This document shows, in pieces, positions 33,689 to 41,382 of a stretch of 64,000 bases of DNA. Source of the stretch: Candidatus Rokuibacteriota bacterium (GTDB lineage Bacteria; Methylomirabilota; Methylomirabilia; Rokubacteriales; CSP1-6); assembly GCA_016200085.1 (NCBI GenBank), contig JACQFL010000028.1, forward strand, positions 26,809-90,808. Direction: 5' to 3'. The notes beneath the pieces were generated by a model. That model saw only the letters and a list, made by a program, of their open reading frames with translations. It did no database searches and had not been told where the DNA came from. Each line of letters begins with the position of its first letter. The stretch's first letter is position 1. The position numbers were made by a program, and so were the translations under genes.

Positions 33689-34185
33689 AGGTGCGAGGGC
33701 TCGCGCTGGACCCGCTGTCGAACATGCCGATCATCATCCTGCGCGACGAGGAGGACAAGCGGTCGCTGCCGATCTGGGTCGGCATCTTCGAGGCCAACGC
33801 CATCGCGCTGGAGCTGGAGAAGATCGCCACCCCGCGGCCCATGACGCACGACCTCATCAAGAACATCATCGAGACCATCGACGCCAAGCTCGTCAAGGTC
33901 GTGGTGACGGACCTGCGCGAGAACACGTTCTACGCCGTCCTCCACCTGCAGGTCGGCGAGACCGAGTACACCGTCGACTCGCGCCCCTCCGACGCCATCG
34001 CGCTGGCCCTGCGGGTCACCGCGCCGATCTTCGTCGACGAGGACGTGGTGCGCCGGGCCAAGAGCCTCGACGACAGTACGAAGGACGCCGAGTCCATCAA
34101 GGCCGCCGAGCCCATCAAGGCCGACGACCCTGAGCGCCTCAAGGAGTGGCTGGAGAACATCAAACCGGAAGACTTCAAGGCGTAG
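33673..34185 (+). CDS. Bifunctional nuclease family protein (DUF151)
   Basis: LPIWVGIFEANAI, RPMTHDL, DSRPSDAIALAL. Confidence 0.93.
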   Translation: MFVEMKVRGLALDPLSNMPIIILRDEEDKRSLPIWVGIFEANAIALELEKIATPRPMTHDLIKNIIETIDAKLVKVVVTDLRENTFYAVLHLQVGETEYTVDSRPSDAIALALRVTAPIFVDEDVVRRAKSLDDSTKDAESIKAAEPIKADDPERLKEWLENIKPEDFKA

Positions 34186-34194
34186 CCGCCGCCG

Positions 34195-35349
34195 GTGCGC
34201 GTCGCCCTCTTCACGAACAACTACCTGCCGTTCTGCGGCGGGGTCACCGTCTCGGTGGAGACCCTGCGCCGGGGGCTCGAGGCCTGCGGCCACGAGGCCT
34301 GGGTGTTCGCGCCGCGCTTCCCTGGCGCGCCCGACGACCCCGCCCGGGTCGTCCGCTATCCCTCGCTGCCCGCGCCGACGTACCCCGAGTTCTCGCTCGC
34401 GGTGCCCTTCTCGCGGCGCATTGGCCGGCTGGCGCGCGCCCTGGACTTCGACGTGATCCACGCGCATCACCCGTTCTTGCTCGGACCGGCCGCGCGACGG
34501 CTGGCCCGCGCGGCGGGGCGGCCGATCGTCTTCACCTACCACACCCGCTACGACAAGTACGCGCACTACGTGCCCCTGCGCCGCGGCGTGGTCGAGGCCG
34601 CCGCCGTGCAGCTGAGCACGCGCTTCGCGGCCCGCGCCGACGCCGTGGTCGCGCCCTCCGCCGTGTTGCGCCACGAGCTGCGCGCGCGGGGTGTGCGGGT
34701 GCCCATCGCGGTCGTGCCGACGGGCGTCGACCTCGATCGCTTCCGGCCGGGCGAGGTCGGCGCCGCCCGCGAGGGCCTCGGCCTGCCGGCCGGCGAGCCG
34801 GTGGTGCTGTACGTGGGCCGCCTCGACCGCGAGAAGAGCGTCGACCGCGTGCTCGCCGCCTTCGAGCGGATCGCGGGCACCGTGCCCGCGGCGCGCCTGG
34901 TGCTGGTCGGCCACGGCACCCAGGCGGCGCGGCTCCGGGAGACGGCGGGCCGGCTCGCCACCAGCCGGCGCATCGTCTTCATGGGTGTGCAGCCACACGA
35001 TGCGCTGCCGCGGTACTACCGGACGGCCGACGTGTTCCTGTTCGCCTCCGAGACCGAGACCCAGGGACTGGTGCTGGCGGAGGCGGCGGCGTGCGGCGTG
35101 CCCGCGGTGGCGGCCACCGCGCCGGGCAGCGACGAGGTCGTGCGCGACGGCGAGACCGGCCTGCTGACCAAGGGCGATCCCACCGCGCTCGCCGAGGCCG
35201 CCATCGGGCTGCTGCTCGACACCAACCGCCGGCGGGCGATGGGGGAGCGGGCGCGGGCGGTGGCGGAGCAGGAGTTCGGGGTCGGATTGCAGATCGAGCG
35301 CACGCTGGCGGTGTACGCCGAGGCCGCCGCGCGCCTCGGCCCGAGGTGA
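34195..35349 (+). CDS. Glycosyltransferase family 4
   Basis: FTNNYLP..GGV, HAHHPF, YVGRLDREK, ETQGLVLAEA. Confidence 0.93.
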   Translation: MRVALFTNNYLPFCGGVTVSVETLRRGLEACGHEAWVFAPRFPGAPDDPARVVRYPSLPAPTYPEFSLAVPFSRRIGRLARALDFDVIHAHHPFLLGPAARRLARAAGRPIVFTYHTRYDKYAHYVPLRRGVVEAAAVQLSTRFAARADAVVAPSAVLRHELRARGVRVPIAVVPTGVDLDRFRPGEVGAAREGLGLPAGEPVVLYVGRLDREKSVDRVLAAFERIAGTVPAARLVLVGHGTQAARLRETAGRLATSRRIVFMGVQPHDALPRYYRTADVFLFASETETQGLVLAEAAACGVPAVAATAPGSDEVVRDGETGLLTKGDPTALAEAAIGLLLDTNRRRAMGERARAVAEQEFGVGLQIERTLAVYAEAAARLGPR

Positions 35350-35606
35350 CGGACCGCACGGACGCCCGCCGCGTCATCCGCGTCGCGTGCCGCGGCGCCT
35401 GGGCGCTGCCGGAGGGCAAGGGGCTGCTCGACGGCGACGCGCGGGTGCGCACGCTGCGGCGTGTGCTCGTGACCTACCCCGGCGTCCGCTACATCCTGCC
35501 CGATCGGATCGGGCTCCACGCGGGCGCCGAGGACCGCCTGCTCGAGACCCTGTCCACTCTCCTGACGCGCCAGCACTGGCTCGTCGAGACCGTGAGCGTC
35601 GAGTGA
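35346..35606 (+). CDS. Hypothetical protein (86 aa)
   Basis: GTGA overlap with the upstream gene; fills the operon gap. Confidence 0.7.
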   Translation: MTDRTDARRVIRVACRGAWALPEGKGLLDGDARVRTLRRVLVTYPGVRYILPDRIGLHAGAEDRLLETLSTLLTRQHWLVETVSVE

Positions 35607-35619
35607 GCGCGCCCAGCCC

Positions 35620-35949
35620 ATGAGCGGCCCGATGCGCCAGCGCCAGCAGGCGCTCGACCGGGTGAACGAGGAGATCGCGCGGGAGAAGGCGGCCTCGCTC
35701 GGCCGCGCCGGCGAGCGGCTGGAGGACGCCCTGGCGGAGGTCGCCGCGCTGGCCGCGCGGGTCGGCGCGGCGGCCGACGCCGCCGAGCGCGCGCGTCTGG
35801 TCGCGCAGCACGAGGCGGCGCGGGTGCGCGCGGCGCAGCGGCGCCTGGCCCTCATCATCCAGCGCGAGGCCATGGGCCTGCGGAGCCATCGCGTGCTCGA
35901 CCAGCAGTTTCCCGAGCCGCGCCGTCTCGCCGGCGAGGCGGGCGCGTGA
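35620..35949 (+). CDS. Hypothetical helical protein (DUF6665-like)
   Basis: EKAASLGRAGERLE...IIQREAMGLR pattern; GTGA coupling to paaK. Confidence 0.65.
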   Translation: MSGPMRQRQQALDRVNEEIAREKAASLGRAGERLEDALAEVAALAARVGAAADAAERARLVAQHEAARVRAAQRRLALIIQREAMGLRSHRVLDQQFPEPRRLAGEAGA

Positions 35950-37238
35950 TCTGGAACCCCGCCGCCGAGTGCATGACGCGCGCCGAGCGCGAGGCGCTGC
36001 AGCTCGCGCGGCTGCGCGAGACCGCGGCGTGGGCGGCGGCGCGCGTGCCGTTCTACCGCGGCCTCGCCGGCGCCCGCCTGGCGAGCCTCGACGACCTGCC
36101 CGCGCTGCCCTTCACGCGCAAGACGGACCTGCGCGAGCAGTATCCCTTCGGCCTGTTCGCGGTGCCGCAGGCCGAGGTCGCACGCGTGCACGCCTCGTCG
36201 GGCACCAAGGGCAAGCCGACCGTCGTGGGCTACACCGCCGCCGACCTCGACGTCTGGCGCGAGGTGATGGCGCGCGCGATGACCGCCGCCGGCGCCCGCC
36301 GCGGCGATCCGCTGCAGGTCGCCTTCGGCTACGGGCTCTTCACGGGCGGGCTCGGTTTCCACGACGGCGCGGAGCGGATCGGCATGACGGTGGTGCCGAC
36401 GTCCTCCGGCAACACCGCGCGCCAGTGCCTGCTCCTGCGCGACTTGCGCCCCGCCGGGCTCTGCGCGACGCCGTCCTTCGCGCTCCACATCGCCGAGACC
36501 CTGGCCGACCAGGGGACCGCGCCCGCCGACCTCGGCCTGCGCTACGGCATGTACGGCGCCGAGCCGTGGACCGAGGGCATGCGACGGGCGCTGGAGCAGG
36601 GCCTCGGCTGCCCCGCGTTCGACGTCTACGGGCTGTCCGAGGTCACGGGCCCCGGCGTCTCGGGCGAGTGCGAGGCGCGCGACGGCCTGCACCTCGCCGA
36701 CGACCACTTCCTGCCGGAGATCATCGACCCGGCCACCGGCGAGGTGCTGCCGCCCGGGCGCGAGGGCGAGCTGGTCTTGACGACGCTGTCCAGGCGCGCC
36801 ATGCCCGTCGTCCGCTACCGGACGGGCGACCTCACCGCGCTCACCTTCGAGCCCTGCCGGTGCGGCCGCACGAGCGCACGAATGGCGCGCATCAAGGGCC
36901 GCTCCGACGATATGCTGATCATCAAGGGCGTGAACGTGTACCCGTCGGAGGTGGAGGCCGCGCTGCTGGACGTCGAGGAGCTGGTGCCGCACTACCAGCT
37001 CGTCGTCGACCGCCGGGAGACGCTGGCGCGGCTGGAGATCCAGGTCGAGCCCTCGGCGGCGTTGCTGGGGCGGACCGGGGAGTCGCTGGCGGGGCATCCC
37101 GCGACCGAGGCGCTGCGCCAGCGCGTGGCGGCCCGGCTGCGGACGGCGCTCGGGCTGGGGGTCGAGGTCACGCTGGTGGCCCCCCGGACCATCCCGAGGT
37201 CCGAAGGCAAGGCCGTGCGGGTCATCGAGCGGAGCTGA
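35946..37238 (+). CDS. paaK: Phenylacetate-CoA ligase
   Basis: HASSGTKGKPT, FGYGLFTGGLGFH, GAEPW, YGLSE, RYRTGD, GRSDDM. Confidence 0.93.
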   Translation: MIWNPAAECMTRAEREALQLARLRETAAWAAARVPFYRGLAGARLASLDDLPALPFTRKTDLREQYPFGLFAVPQAEVARVHASSGTKGKPTVVGYTAADLDVWREVMARAMTAAGARRGDPLQVAFGYGLFTGGLGFHDGAERIGMTVVPTSSGNTARQCLLLRDLRPAGLCATPSFALHIAETLADQGTAPADLGLRYGMYGAEPWTEGMRRALEQGLGCPAFDVYGLSEVTGPGVSGECEARDGLHLADDHFLPEIIDPATGEVLPPGREGELVLTTLSRRAMPVVRYRTGDLTALTFEPCRCGRTSARMARIKGRSDDMLIIKGVNVYPSEVEAALLDVEELVPHYQLVVDRRETLARLEIQVEPSAALLGRTGESLAGHPATEALRQRVAARLRTALGLGVEVTLVAPRTIPRSEGKAVRVIERS

Positions 37239-37259
37239 GCTTCAGGAGGGCCGTGAGCC

Positions 37260-38081
37260 ATGACGAGCCAAGTCACTGACATGATGGACAAGATCTCCCG
37301 CGGCGCCCGCCTCGAGTCGGCCGAGGAGATGACGGCCGAGTACCGGGACGACCTCGTGCACCTGATGACGATGCAGGCCGACTCCGAGCTGGCCGGGGGC
37401 TACGGCTACGTGGCCTGGATCACCAAGGCGCCCACGGTCGAGGAGAAGCACGTCGTCGCCCAGATCGTGAAGGACGAGCTCCGCCACGCCACGGTGATGT
37501 ACGGCCTGCTCGCCGACCTCGGGGTGGACGTCGATCGTCACGTGCGCGAGCACGACGAGACCTTCACCATGCGCATCGGCGCCGACGCCGACATCGGCAC
37601 CGCGCGCATCACGAGTGACAAGCGGGTCAACATCTTCTATTACCCGATCGACACCTGGACCGATTTCGTGTTCTTCAATTTCTGCATGGACCGCGGCGCC
37701 GGCCATCAGCTCGAGGACGTGCGACAGTGCTCCTACGGCCCCTGGGCGCGCACGATCGAGGGGATCTTCAAGGAGGAGAAGTTCCACATCCGCCACGGCG
37801 AGTACTGGGTCAAGCGTCTCGCCGAGGATCCGGCCACCCACGACGAGGCCCAGCGGACCTTCGAGCGCTGGTACATCCGCACCATGAACATCTTCGGCCG
37901 CCCGGGCTCGCCGAGGAACCAGCGCTACCGCCGCTTCCGCCTCAAGAGCCGCGACAACGACGTGGTCCGCCAGGCCTTCGCCACCGAGATCGCCGGGCTG
38001 TGCGAGAAGTTCGGGCTCACGGTGCCGCAGTGGAAGCCGCGCTGGGACCGGCTCCCCGAAGAAGGCCAGATCCCCGGATAG
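37260..38081 (+). CDS. paaA: Phenylacetyl-CoA epoxidase subunit A-like di-iron protein
   Basis: QADSE, WITKAPT, DELRH, SYGPW, EEKFH di-iron pattern. Confidence 0.8.
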   Translation: MTSQVTDMMDKISRGARLESAEEMTAEYRDDLVHLMTMQADSELAGGYGYVAWITKAPTVEEKHVVAQIVKDELRHATVMYGLLADLGVDVDRHVREHDETFTMRIGADADIGTARITSDKRVNIFYYPIDTWTDFVFFNFCMDRGAGHQLEDVRQCSYGPWARTIEGIFKEEKFHIRHGEYWVKRLAEDPATHDEAQRTFERWYIRTMNIFGRPGSPRNQRYRRFRLKSRDNDVVRQAFATEIAGLCEKFGLTVPQWKPRWDRLPEEGQIPG

Positions 38082-38086
38082 GTCGT

Positions 38087-38110
38087 GCTGGGGGGCTCCG
38101 GGCGCCCCCC
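38087..38110 (+). repeat. REP-like hairpin, identical to 54573..54596 on the opposite strand
   Basis: gctggggggctccgggcgcccccc matches the reverse complement at 24/24. Confidence 0.75.
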
Positions 38111-38150
38111 GGACCCCCCCCACGCTCCCCAGTGTTCGATCTCTGGTCAG

Positions 38151-39515
38151 TTACACCAGGGCCCAGACGTCCGAGGGGCGGCGGGGGAAGAGCGCGTTGA
38201 GCAGCGCGCGCGCTTCCTGATCGCGCACGACGCAGTCGGGAAACGCGTGCTCGAGCTCCTCGACGCTGCGGAAGCCGAACAGGAGCTGCAGCACGCTGAG
38301 CCCGGGAAAGAGCGCCGACGGCCGCCGCGGGTCCTTCGAGGGCGCGCCGGACTCCTGGCCCAGGACGTCGCGCGCCGGCGCCCAGGGCGCGACCTTGACC
38401 ATCCGTCCGCCCTCGAGGACCAGCTGAACCCCGCCGCGATCCCACGCCAGGCGCAATTCGCCGCTGTGGCCGGTGAGCGGGGAGTCCGCCAGGTGCCGCT
38501 CGAGCGCCGGCCTCACCGTCGTGAGCAGCGCCGCGACGTCGGGCGCGCGCAGGTACCACCACGACGGCCGCGGCGTGCCCGGCGCCTTGTAGATGCGCTC
38601 GAGGGGATGCCCGGGCGCGATGAACCAGAAGCTGGCCGCCTGGCCGAACGGCCGCGCGTGGCGCGCGGCGTAGGCCTCGCCGGTGGCGCGCAGATACGCG
38701 AGCACGTCGGGCCAGACCGCGCGCCACGACACGCCGTCGATCACCTCGAGCTCGCCGACCGCCACCGCCGTGTTCCAGAGCACGGGCAGGTGCACGAGCA
38801 TCCCCACCGGGCGAGCGGCTGGCGTCTCGATCACGCAGAAGGCGAGCGACTGGGCGCTGCCCGCCGACCGCTCCCCGAGGTCGTAGCGCCAGACGCGCTC
38901 GTCGTGCGGCGCGGTGACGAGATAGCGCGCCCGCGACGCCGTGTGCGTCGCAGCGAGGAACCCGGCGTCGTCCGCGCGCGCGGGCCGGATACGGAAGGGA
39001 CCCGTGCCCGGCGCGGGGAGTTCGAGGTCGCCGAGGGGCACCCAGGGGCCGCCACCGCGCGCCAGCGCAGGCTCGTAGCCGAACTGGCGGTAGAAGACCG
39101 GGATGCCGGCGATCGCGAGGAGCTGGTGGCCCCGCGCCGCGGCCTCGGCGTGGATCGCCTCGAAGACGGCGCGCACCAGCCCGCGGCCCCGGTAGGCCGC
39201 GAGCGTGCCCACGAGCTCGGGCTGGCCAACCGAGACCAGCACGCCGCCGTACGTCCAGGTCTGCGAGATCAGGATCGTCGACGCCACGAGGGCGCCGCTC
39301 GCTCGATCTTCCACGAGCACGGCGTCCTGGGCACGCACGCGGTGGTGACGCCCGCCGAGCAGATCCTGCGTCCAGCGCCCGAAGATCTCGGCCGGCTCCT
39401 GGGAGTCCTGGAAGCGGAGGACGTCGGCGGTGAAGGTGACCAGGCGCTCGACGTCTGCCAGGGTCGCCGTGCGGAGCACGAGGCCGCCACCGAGGTCCCT
39501 GGGTAAAGTTGACAT
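38151..39515 (-). CDS. GNAT family acetyltransferase (Eis-like architecture)
   Basis: PELVGTLAAYRGRGLVR, GIPVFYRQFGY. Confidence 0.85.
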   Translation of the reverse strand: MSTLPRDLGGGLVLRTATLADVERLVTFTADVLRFQDSQEPAEIFGRWTQDLLGGRHHRVRAQDAVLVEDRASGALVASTILISQTWTYGGVLVSVGQPELVGTLAAYRGRGLVRAVFEAIHAEAAARGHQLLAIAGIPVFYRQFGYEPALARGGGPWVPLGDLELPAPGTGPFRIRPARADDAGFLAATHTASRARYLVTAPHDERVWRYDLGERSAGSAQSLAFCVIETPAARPVGMLVHLPVLWNTAVAVGELEVIDGVSWRAVWPDVLAYLRATGEAYAARHARPFGQAASFWFIAPGHPLERIYKAPGTPRPSWWYLRAPDVAALLTTVRPALERHLADSPLTGHSGELRLAWDRGGVQLVLEGGRMVKVAPWAPARDVLGQESGAPSKDPRRPSALFPGLSVLQLLFGFRSVEELEHAFPDCVVRDQEARALLNALFPRRPSDVWALV

Positions 39516-39558
39516 AATCCCTCTTATCGGAAGTACCAAGAAGCCGGAGGGCGCGGCC

Positions 39559-40197
39559 CTACGACGCGGCGCCGAGCGTGGCCAGCCGGCCGCGGACGTC
39601 CCCGGCGCGCGGACTGCCCGGACGCTCCTTGAGCAGGCGCTGGTAGGTCGCGATCGCCCGGTCCTTCTGGCCGGCCATCTCCTGGGAGCGGCCGAGGTCG
39701 ATCAGAAGCTGCTCGTAGTAGAAGTCGCTGGGCTTGAGCCCGGCGAGCGCCGCCCGATAGGCCTCGCCCGCACGCGTGAAGTTCCGCTCGGCCTCCCACG
39801 TGTAGGCGATCCCCGCCTGGGCCAGGGTGCGCAGGGTGCCCTGCGCGCCCTTCGCCAGGGCGATCCGGTAGGCGCCGCGAGCGGCCTCCCACTGGCGGGC
39901 GTCGGAGCGCGCGTTGCCCAGCTCGCAGGCGGCCTGCCCGGCGCGCCGCGAGCCGGGATACCGCGCGAGGAAGCCTTCGAGCGCTCCCGCGACCGCCGCG
40001 CGGGCGGCGGGCGGCGCGTCGGGGGCGCGGGCCGTGGTCATCACCGTCATCACCTCGGCGTAGGCCTCGAGGGCGCGCCGCTCCTGGAGCGTGGACCAGA
40101 GCCAGAGCCCGGCGCCGGCGGCCACGACCACGGCCAGACCGGTCGCGATCCAGGCGGCGGTCCGCCACGAGATGTCCGGCCAGCTCACGCGGCGCAT
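39559..40197 (-). CDS. Membrane-anchored TPR protein (YfgM-like)
   Basis: N-terminal TM followed by TPR-like helices. Confidence 0.8.
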   Translation of the reverse strand: MRRVSWPDISWRTAAWIATGLAVVVAAGAGLWLWSTLQERRALEAYAEVMTVMTTARAPDAPPAARAAVAGALEGFLARYPGSRRAGQAACELGNARSDARQWEAARGAYRIALAKGAQGTLRTLAQAGIAYTWEAERNFTRAGEAYRAALAGLKPSDFYYEQLLIDLGRSQEMAGQKDRAIATYQRLLKERPGSPRAGDVRGRLATLGAAS

Positions 40198-40230
40198 CGA
40201 AGTCTCAGGCTCCCGGGTTGACGACGAGCA

Positions 40231-40416
40231 TCAGCGCACGCGCAGGCCCCGCCGGTACTGGCGGCCGCACGCCACGCAGCGGCGCCAGCCGCGCCAAGCG
40301 CGGCGCACGAGGTGGCCACAATGGGGGCAGCGCTGGTAGGACCGGCACCCGTAAAACAGGCCGATGCCCGCGGCCACGGCCACGCCGACGAGCCACGCCG
40401 AGGGTACGACTTCCAC
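40231..40416 (-). CDS. Small membrane-anchored zinc-ribbon protein
   Basis: TM + CPHC...CVAC; promoter directly upstream. Confidence 0.7.
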   Translation of the reverse strand: MEVVPSAWLVGVAVAAGIGLFYGCRSYQRCPHCGHLVRRAWRGWRRCVACGRQYRRGLRVR

Positions 40417-40422
40417 CTGTGC

Positions 40423-40451
40423 ATGCTAGGCAGCGCTCGACACCCTGTCAA
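40423..40451 (-). promoter_or_regulatory. Sigma70 promoter predicting a leaderless mRNA
   Basis: TTGACA (40451..40446)-17 nt-TAGCAT, then 6 nt, then GTG at 40416. Confidence 0.7.
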
Positions 40452-40466
40452 GAATGCCCCTGATCG

Positions 40467-40766
40467 TCAGCGTTCCAGATAGAGATCCTCGCCCTCCACG
40501 ATCACGGGCCAGCAGGCCAGCTTGACCGCCGGATTGTTGACGTTGGCGCCGGTCGTCACGTCCCAGCGCCAGGCATGCCAGGGGCAGATGACCACGCGGC
40601 CCTCGAGATCGCCGTCCCCGAGCGGGCCGCCCCGATGGGGACACGTGTTGTCGATCGCGTAGAAGCGCCCCTCCACGTTGAAGAGCGCCACCGAGCCCTC
40701 GCCGGCCTCGATGACGCGGCCTTCACCCTCCGGCACGTCACTCACCGCCCCCAGCCTGATCCGCAT
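40467..40766 (-). CDS. Rieske [2Fe-2S] ferredoxin (NirD-like)
   Basis: CPHRGGPL...CPWHAW. Confidence 0.93.
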   Translation of the reverse strand: MRIRLGAVSDVPEGEGRVIEAGEGSVALFNVEGRFYAIDNTCPHRGGPLGDGDLEGRVVICPWHAWRWDVTTGANVNNPAVKLACWPVIVEGEDLYLER

Positions 40767-40877
40767 GGGTTCCCTCCCGCCCGTCATATCGACGGGTTGA
40801 CCCGCCTCTGTCAAGACGTCACCCGAATGGCCCCCGTCGTGGCAAGGACTCTGAGCCCGGGCGCGCGTCGGCTCGAC

Positions 40878-41024
40878 GGCGGGGCAGGCTGAGGGCGGGA
40901 GGGCTTCCGCGATCCGACTGACTGTGGTCTCGTAGGCCGTGTCCGCGCGCCGCGTGGCGGGCGCGGCGAGACCATCCCTACCCAACGGATCGCGGAAGCC
41001 CTCCCGCCCTCAGCCCGCCCCGCC
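40878..41024 (-). repeat. Arm-core-arm element copy B (39-bp arms, 69-nt core)
   Basis: Arms 40878..40916 / 40986..41024 pair at 38/39; core 61/69 identical to copy C. Confidence 0.9.
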
Positions 41025-41179
41025 TCGCTCGGCGTCCACCAGTCACGCGACGCTCGAGACGCCAGACCGATCCCGAACCTCTTCCCCCAAGGCGCTGGGG
41101 TTCCTTGGGAAGAATGAAACCTTTCCGCGTCGGTGCCGCGCCGATCGGTCTTCGCGGTTTGCCCCTCGTGAACCTCGCG

Positions 41180-41315
41180 CTCCGCGGGGCCGGGCCGGGG
41201 GGCCGCGATCCGTTCGGTACGGGTCGTCTCGCCGCGCGCGTCACGCGGCGCGCGGACACGACCTACGAGACCACAGTCGGTCGGATCGCGGCCCCCCCGG
41301 CCCGGCCCCGCGGAG
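41180..41315 (+). repeat. Arm-core-arm element copy C (33-bp arms, 69-nt core)
   Basis: Arms 41180..41212 / 41282..41315 are perfect apart from one bulged C. Confidence 0.9.
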
Positions 41316-41382
41316 AATCGGGGTTCCGCGCGCAGGGAGAAGCGCGGATAATGGGCAGGGTGGTCAGACGCGGAGGGCGGGG

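Noticed and set aside
37260-38081. Di-iron protein as the tRNA hydroxylase MiaE because it follows miaB
   Set aside because: The sequence follows the PaaA pattern (WITKAPT, SYGPW) and is adjacent to paaK.
29314-41315. The three-copy element as a CRISPR array, tRNA, retron ncRNA or integron attC site
   Set aside because: No tandem repeat-spacer array, cloverleaf, reverse transcriptase, integrase or RYYYAAC/GTTRRRY core sites; kept as an unclassified element.
40767-41382. N-terminal ORF extensions sharing the peptide TRRADTxYETTVxRI
   Set aside because: The similarity is simply translation through the DNA repeat; the real starts are at 40766 and 41383.
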